Shown piece after piece: positions 59,451 through 64,000 of a stretch of 64,000 nucleotides of DNA. Below the pieces are notes generated by a model, which was given only the letters and a program-made list of their open reading frames with translations, was not told where the DNA came from and did no database searches. The position numbers and the translations under genes were made by a program. The number at the start of each line of letters is the position of its first letter. The first letter of the stretch is position 1. The stretch lies in assembly GCA_964270895.1 (NCBI GenBank), contig OZ185446.1. One strand, 5' to 3'. Source of the DNA: Podarcis filfolensis. Lineage: Eukaryota.

Positions 59451-62400
59451 CCCCCTCTTTATGTCGGGAGTGTCTTTCTTGAAACCAGGGTGAGGAAGCT
59501 GTGGCTCTCCAAATGGACTGCAGCTTCCATCAACCCTGAAAATTGCTCATGGTTGCTGATGGAGTTGTAGTCCAACAAAATGCTGACCAAAATCAGCATT
59601 GGCTGATGCTGGTCTAGACAGTTCTTCTGGATTCTGGAAGGACTTCTGCTGAGCCCAGTTCTTTGGCCTGGTGACTAACTGATTCCTCCACTTAGAATAC
59701 ATTGCTCACACCTCTCATTTCTAAAAAGGTCTGTATTTAGTCAAATGAAGTTAAGAACCCTTATTTCCCATTTGTTTTTAGTGATACAGCTTTCCCCAAC
59801 CTGGACTACATCTCCCATCTGCCACAACTTTGTGCCACAGCTCAGGTCAGCTTGATGCACAGCTGACGGTGTGCAGTGGGGAGTTAACTTCCTGAAATAA
59901 TCTTCAGGCTGCTGGTGATGTTAGATGAAAATGATAAAGAACCCATTCAAACACCTACAGACTGTTCCATTTTATTAATGAAACTCAATGGAAAACGCAG
60001 GAGATAGTTGAATGAAAACCAATATAGAAGCCAGAAATTAAGTGTCTACCTAGGGACCAGATGGAGAACTCTCTTGACAAAGTGTTAGTATAACTCAATA
60101 AATCAACATTTTCAGAGCGGGCCAAAAGGGACAGGTTGTGCCTTACTTGCCATATAATCAGTTGCACAGAATTTAAAGAAAAGAAAAGAAAAGAAAATGA
60201 CATTAAACAAGGCCACATGATTGGCACAAGGCACCAGGAATTCTTCAGAAATAAAAAAAGCAATGTGCATTGTGCCTAATGCAAGCATCCAACTGTGAGC
60301 CAAACTGAGGTGGGCACAGCCCACCTTTAGAGATTCCTGCTTTGATTCTGCGTCCCACCCCAGTCCTCTCCCAGCTGCTTCTCCCACTTACCTTGGGGAA
60401 GAGGAACAAGGTAGCAGCTGGTGAAGGGTTCTAACAGAACTGCTAGCTTGCCTGTGCAGCTGGAAATTGCACACAATGCATTTTCTGCTGGGGAATCACA
60501 GGCAGGGCCCAAGCCATATGACCCATTCCCTGGAAGGAAATTATATTCTGCAAGTCATTTCCAGCTAAATGGGCAGCTCACCGGTCTTTACTGGATCCCT
60601 GTGTTGGCTTTTGCCCTGTCTCACACCCTCGGGAATATTTTGGGCTCGGGAGCTGGGACAGAGTAGCAAACTGTAAGAAAGGCAGGAAAACCAGGATTCC
60701 TCACCTATGTGTGCCAATGGCCATGTAAGGAGCCCCCAGAACTGTGGCTTGGAACAGCATCCTGGGCAGTGAAGATGCTCCAAGCCTAGATTGGCCCCAC
60801 TTGGCTCCACTGGCCACTGAGTTATCCAAGGAGGTTTTCTGTTTGCCTGAGCAATACTGCACACTTCCTAGCTCTCATTCCTGAGCATAAGATGGGCTCC
60901 CTACTTGCTGACTCCTCTGACTGCTGCTGTCTACAACTCTGGCACATCCTGAGGTTGGCATTTTGGCTTTCAGGTGTTACATCAAAGACTTGGAGAGCCT
61001 CCTGCAGAGCCCCCATCAATACACATATTACACATGTTCCATTTTACTATTCAAAGGGTGCAAATGCTTTTTTCTTTTTTCAGGGTGAGCACAAGGCTGC
61101 TCACCCATCAACGAAATAAGTGGGCTCAAGCAGGGCACACACTTTCCCCTCGCTTTCCCAAATGAATGCAAAGACATGCTATGCAAAGGTCAGTATTTCG
61201 AATTAGGATAATTTTATGCTGAGTGGTAACTCAAGACTGCCGACAAATTGCGCAGAAGCCTTCTCTATTACGTATCGCATAAAGCTGGCAGATATTATGC
61301 CGAAGTGACAGGAGAGCTTAAATAAAGCAGCCTGATGGAAACTGGAAGGAACTATTAACAGTAGACGGTAGAATTCCCTATTATCTGCAGCTTGGTTATT
61401 CAAAACATCTTGTTATCAAGATTGACTTTGTGTCCTGCATGCTAATCCTCTTCCCATGTAATCCTGTGTAAATAGCATTCCTGTTTATCTGAGCAGTTGC
61501 CCTCTATGATGGAGGGTGAGTAGCTCCCCCATAATTATTATTGTAGCCCTCAGCTTGTGTTGAGGGTTAAAATGAAAGTATTGCTGCTGGGAAATATTAG
61601 AAACAATGAGAATTTAGTTTGTTTTGGTAGGTGCTAAAATCAGCCACAAGAAATGCCTTATCTTTGGTGCATAGATAAATATCTAACATAGAAAAGAGAT
61701 GCTTTCTTCTTTTTTTTTGAGCAAGTCGTCTATTAAAACATGTGAACCTCATTTGATTTGTTGTTCTTAAGCTCTGAAAATGGGGAATGGGAAGGAGAGC
61801 GAATGCTCCTTCTCTAGGGAGTCTGGGAAGGCAGCCTGCGGAAAGTCACATCTATATGTTGACCTGTTAGTTGTGAAAACAAGAGAAGAAAGCCAATCAC
61901 ATACAATTCCGCAGACATTCTGACAGCTAACAGAGGCATTAGCAATTTGCAGCACACATGACACAGGGGCTGCAAATATCCAAGAATCACACTGAAGAGT
62001 TTCCTCACTGAAATAAAATAGTAGGCTAAAGAAGCAGGAGGGCATAGGGAAAAAATTTAGAGAAAATGGAACATATCATCGTTCTGTATGCTGAAACTAA
62101 TCTCAGGGCACAGCTTGAAAAAGGGAGCCATGTAGTAAAGAGGAACATGTAATATTTTGTTACAGAAGCGGAAGACACAGCAGTGCACTGGTAAATGGCA
62201 ATACACAATTGTGTTCATTTTTTACTGTGGATTTGGGGTTATGGGATACATGGGCTCAGACAATGCACACAGCAGTTAGTTTTCCATTTTATTCATGCCA
62301 TTTTATTCATAACCCCACTTATGTCATACATGTTTGAAATAAATGAACTGCTTAATTATTGTAATGCCCCAATGGATTTGTTACTGCATGTGTTTTAATT

Positions 62401-62906
62401 ATGCATTGATTTTATAGTTGTAAACTGCTTCGGGGCAATTTTGGCATATGAGCAGTATATAAATGAAATAATAATAGCAGCAATAATTTTGTACGAAAAT
62501 TGCTTTTTATGGGTAAGGTTCTCAAACGGTAAACGCTTTTAGGAACTTGGTAAGTCTGCCATGTTCCACTGTCCTTGCAGGTCACTAATCAGGACCTCTT
62601 CAAATAAAAGTGCAAATAAAAGACTAATGCTGTAGGCTGGAGACCGATACTTCCTCTATGGCTCATCACATTGCAGCAGCAGACCTACCAGAGAGGAGTA
62701 AACAAAGCCTCTCCAGGGCTAGCCCAATACGTCTTGCTATCTGAGGCAAACCAGATTGTGTGCTCCGCCTCAGATTTCTATTTCTGGATCTTAACTCAAC
62801 TGGTAGTTGAATCTTACTTCAACCCAGTTAATTGGAGAGTATCTTCCACTGTACCTGGGGGGGCAGCATGCAAGACTGGGGAGTGCAGGCTAGACTGTGT
62901 AGAATA

Positions 62907-63256
62907 AGGTAAAGGGACCCCTGACCATTAGGTCCAGTCATGACTGACTCTGGGGTTGCGGCGCTCATCTTGCTTTATTGGCCGAGGGAGCCGGCATACA
63001 GCTTCCGGGTCATGTGGCCAGCATGACTAAGCCGCTTCTGGCGAACCAGAGCAGCGTACGGAAACGCCGTTTACCTTCCCACCAGAGTGGTACCTATTTA
63101 TCTACTTGCACTTTGACATGCTTTCAAACTGCTAGGTTGGCAGGAGCAGGGACCGAGCAACGGGAGCTCACCCTGTCGCGGGGATTCGAACCGCCGACCT
63201 TCTGATCGGCAAGTCCTAGGCTCAGTGGTTTAACCCACAGCGCCACCCATGTCCCC
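62907..63256 (-). mobile_element. Sauria SINE, full length
   Basis: 13-bp TSD ACTGTGTAGAATA (62894-62906 and 63259-63271). Confidence 0.95.
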
Positions 63257-63420
63257 ATACTGTGTAGAATACAAAGTTGTTATTCAGCACCTCTATCCTA
63301 GCCCACTCCCCAGTATCTGCTGCCTGAAGCAGCTGACTCACTTTGCCTAATGGTAGGCTGCTCCTGCTTCCTTCGCCCAATTTCAGTTCTGGAACAACTA
63401 GGGTTAGTTTTACTTGGGGC

Positions 63421-63515
63421 AAAGTTCGCAACCAGGAAAAGTTACTTCCAGGTTAGCGGAGCTCGTAACCTGAAGCGTTCATAACCAGAAGCCTTCGTAA
63501 ACAGAGGTACCACTG
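63421..63515. mobile_element. Tc1/mariner-type MITE, right-end fragment
   Basis: gtaacctgaagcg...gaggtaccactg plus TA. Confidence 0.75.
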
Positions 63516-64000
63516 TACAGGGAGAAATGTTGGACTACAGTGATACAATTTTCTCTCTTTGTGTTTGCTTCAGGCTTGGATTTGGAGGGAGAGGGAGAGA
63601 GAGAAAAATTATGCGTAGTTGCTGGGCATGCCAAGGTGCTTGCAGAATTCATACTTAATTTCTGGGTGTGGGTGTGTGCGCGTGCACACATGCACACACA
63701 CGCTTCTCAAAAACAATTTTACAAAATCCATTCTCTTTCTCAAACTAGTCTTCCTTCCCTGAGCATCACTACTTAAATCATGCAGCATTTCAGTTTATAT
63801 TTTTGTTGGCTTCAAGCGATAACTTGTCGGCTCCATTGTCTTAACTAGATCCCTCAATGGAAGAATGTGGTTCTGCATTGCCCATCTGTGGGAATTCCCA
63901 GTTGGAAATATGTACAGTGTAGGCAGAGCTCCAGCAGGGATAGATAATTGGTAGTTGTGTGTCCCACCATACAGTTCCACATTAGTGACATGGAAATAAT

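Larger units (their letters stand above)
3074..64000 (+). other. PTPRN2: PTPRN2 intron downstream of the exon (intron 3 by human numbering), continuing past the window end
   Basis: Begins at the GT donor. No FTWQDDYTQ-like exon found by eye. PTPRN2 is known for very large introns. A missed diverged exon or nested gene cannot be excluded without alignment. Confidence 0.65.

Noticed and set aside
722-63205. Recurring ORFs of the type KGPLTIRSSRDRLWGC...TCTLTCFRTARLAGAGTEQRELTP (722, 7448, 25275, 29144, 51960, 62978) that look like a protein family
   Set aside because: They are antisense readings of Sauria SINE copies, bounded by SINE TSDs, with variable frameshifts.
1-64000. CRISPR arrays, prokaryotic operons, intact tRNA/rRNA genes, endogenous viral genes
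   Set aside because: None seen. tRNA- and 5S-like boxes occur only within SINE heads, and no gag/pol/env or other viral ORF was recognised.

Overview
Squamate genomic DNA, most likely from a lacertid lizard (inferred from the Sauria SINE type; the species cannot be fixed from sequence alone). The only host coding sequence I can support is one 114-nt internal exon at 2960-3073 (+). It encodes (D)[37 protein letters not shown](G), the N-terminal lumenal segment of PTPRN2 (IA-2beta/phogrin), equivalent to human exon 3. I found no next PTPRN2 exon (FTWQDDYTQ-like), so the rest is most simply giant-intron sequence. It is packed with transposons: ten Sauria SINEs, a 2.6-kb L2 LINE with an uninterrupted 824-codon frame, a Bov-B 3' fragment, two L1-type 3' ends with long target-site duplications (TSDs), CR1 and L2 tails, and many Tc1/mariner-, hAT- and Harbinger-type MITEs. 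There are also several solo-LTR-like elements and an RTE-like non-autonomous element. Nearly all short ORFs in the supplied track are repeat or composition artefacts. I did not find a convincing previously undescribed biological system. The best leads are the TSD-bounded non-coding RTE-like element, a 5S/CR1 chimera, nested LTR/MITE insertions, a CpG-retaining unique intronic block and a candidate 11-nt poison microexon. Family names come from recalled consensus features, not from database searches.
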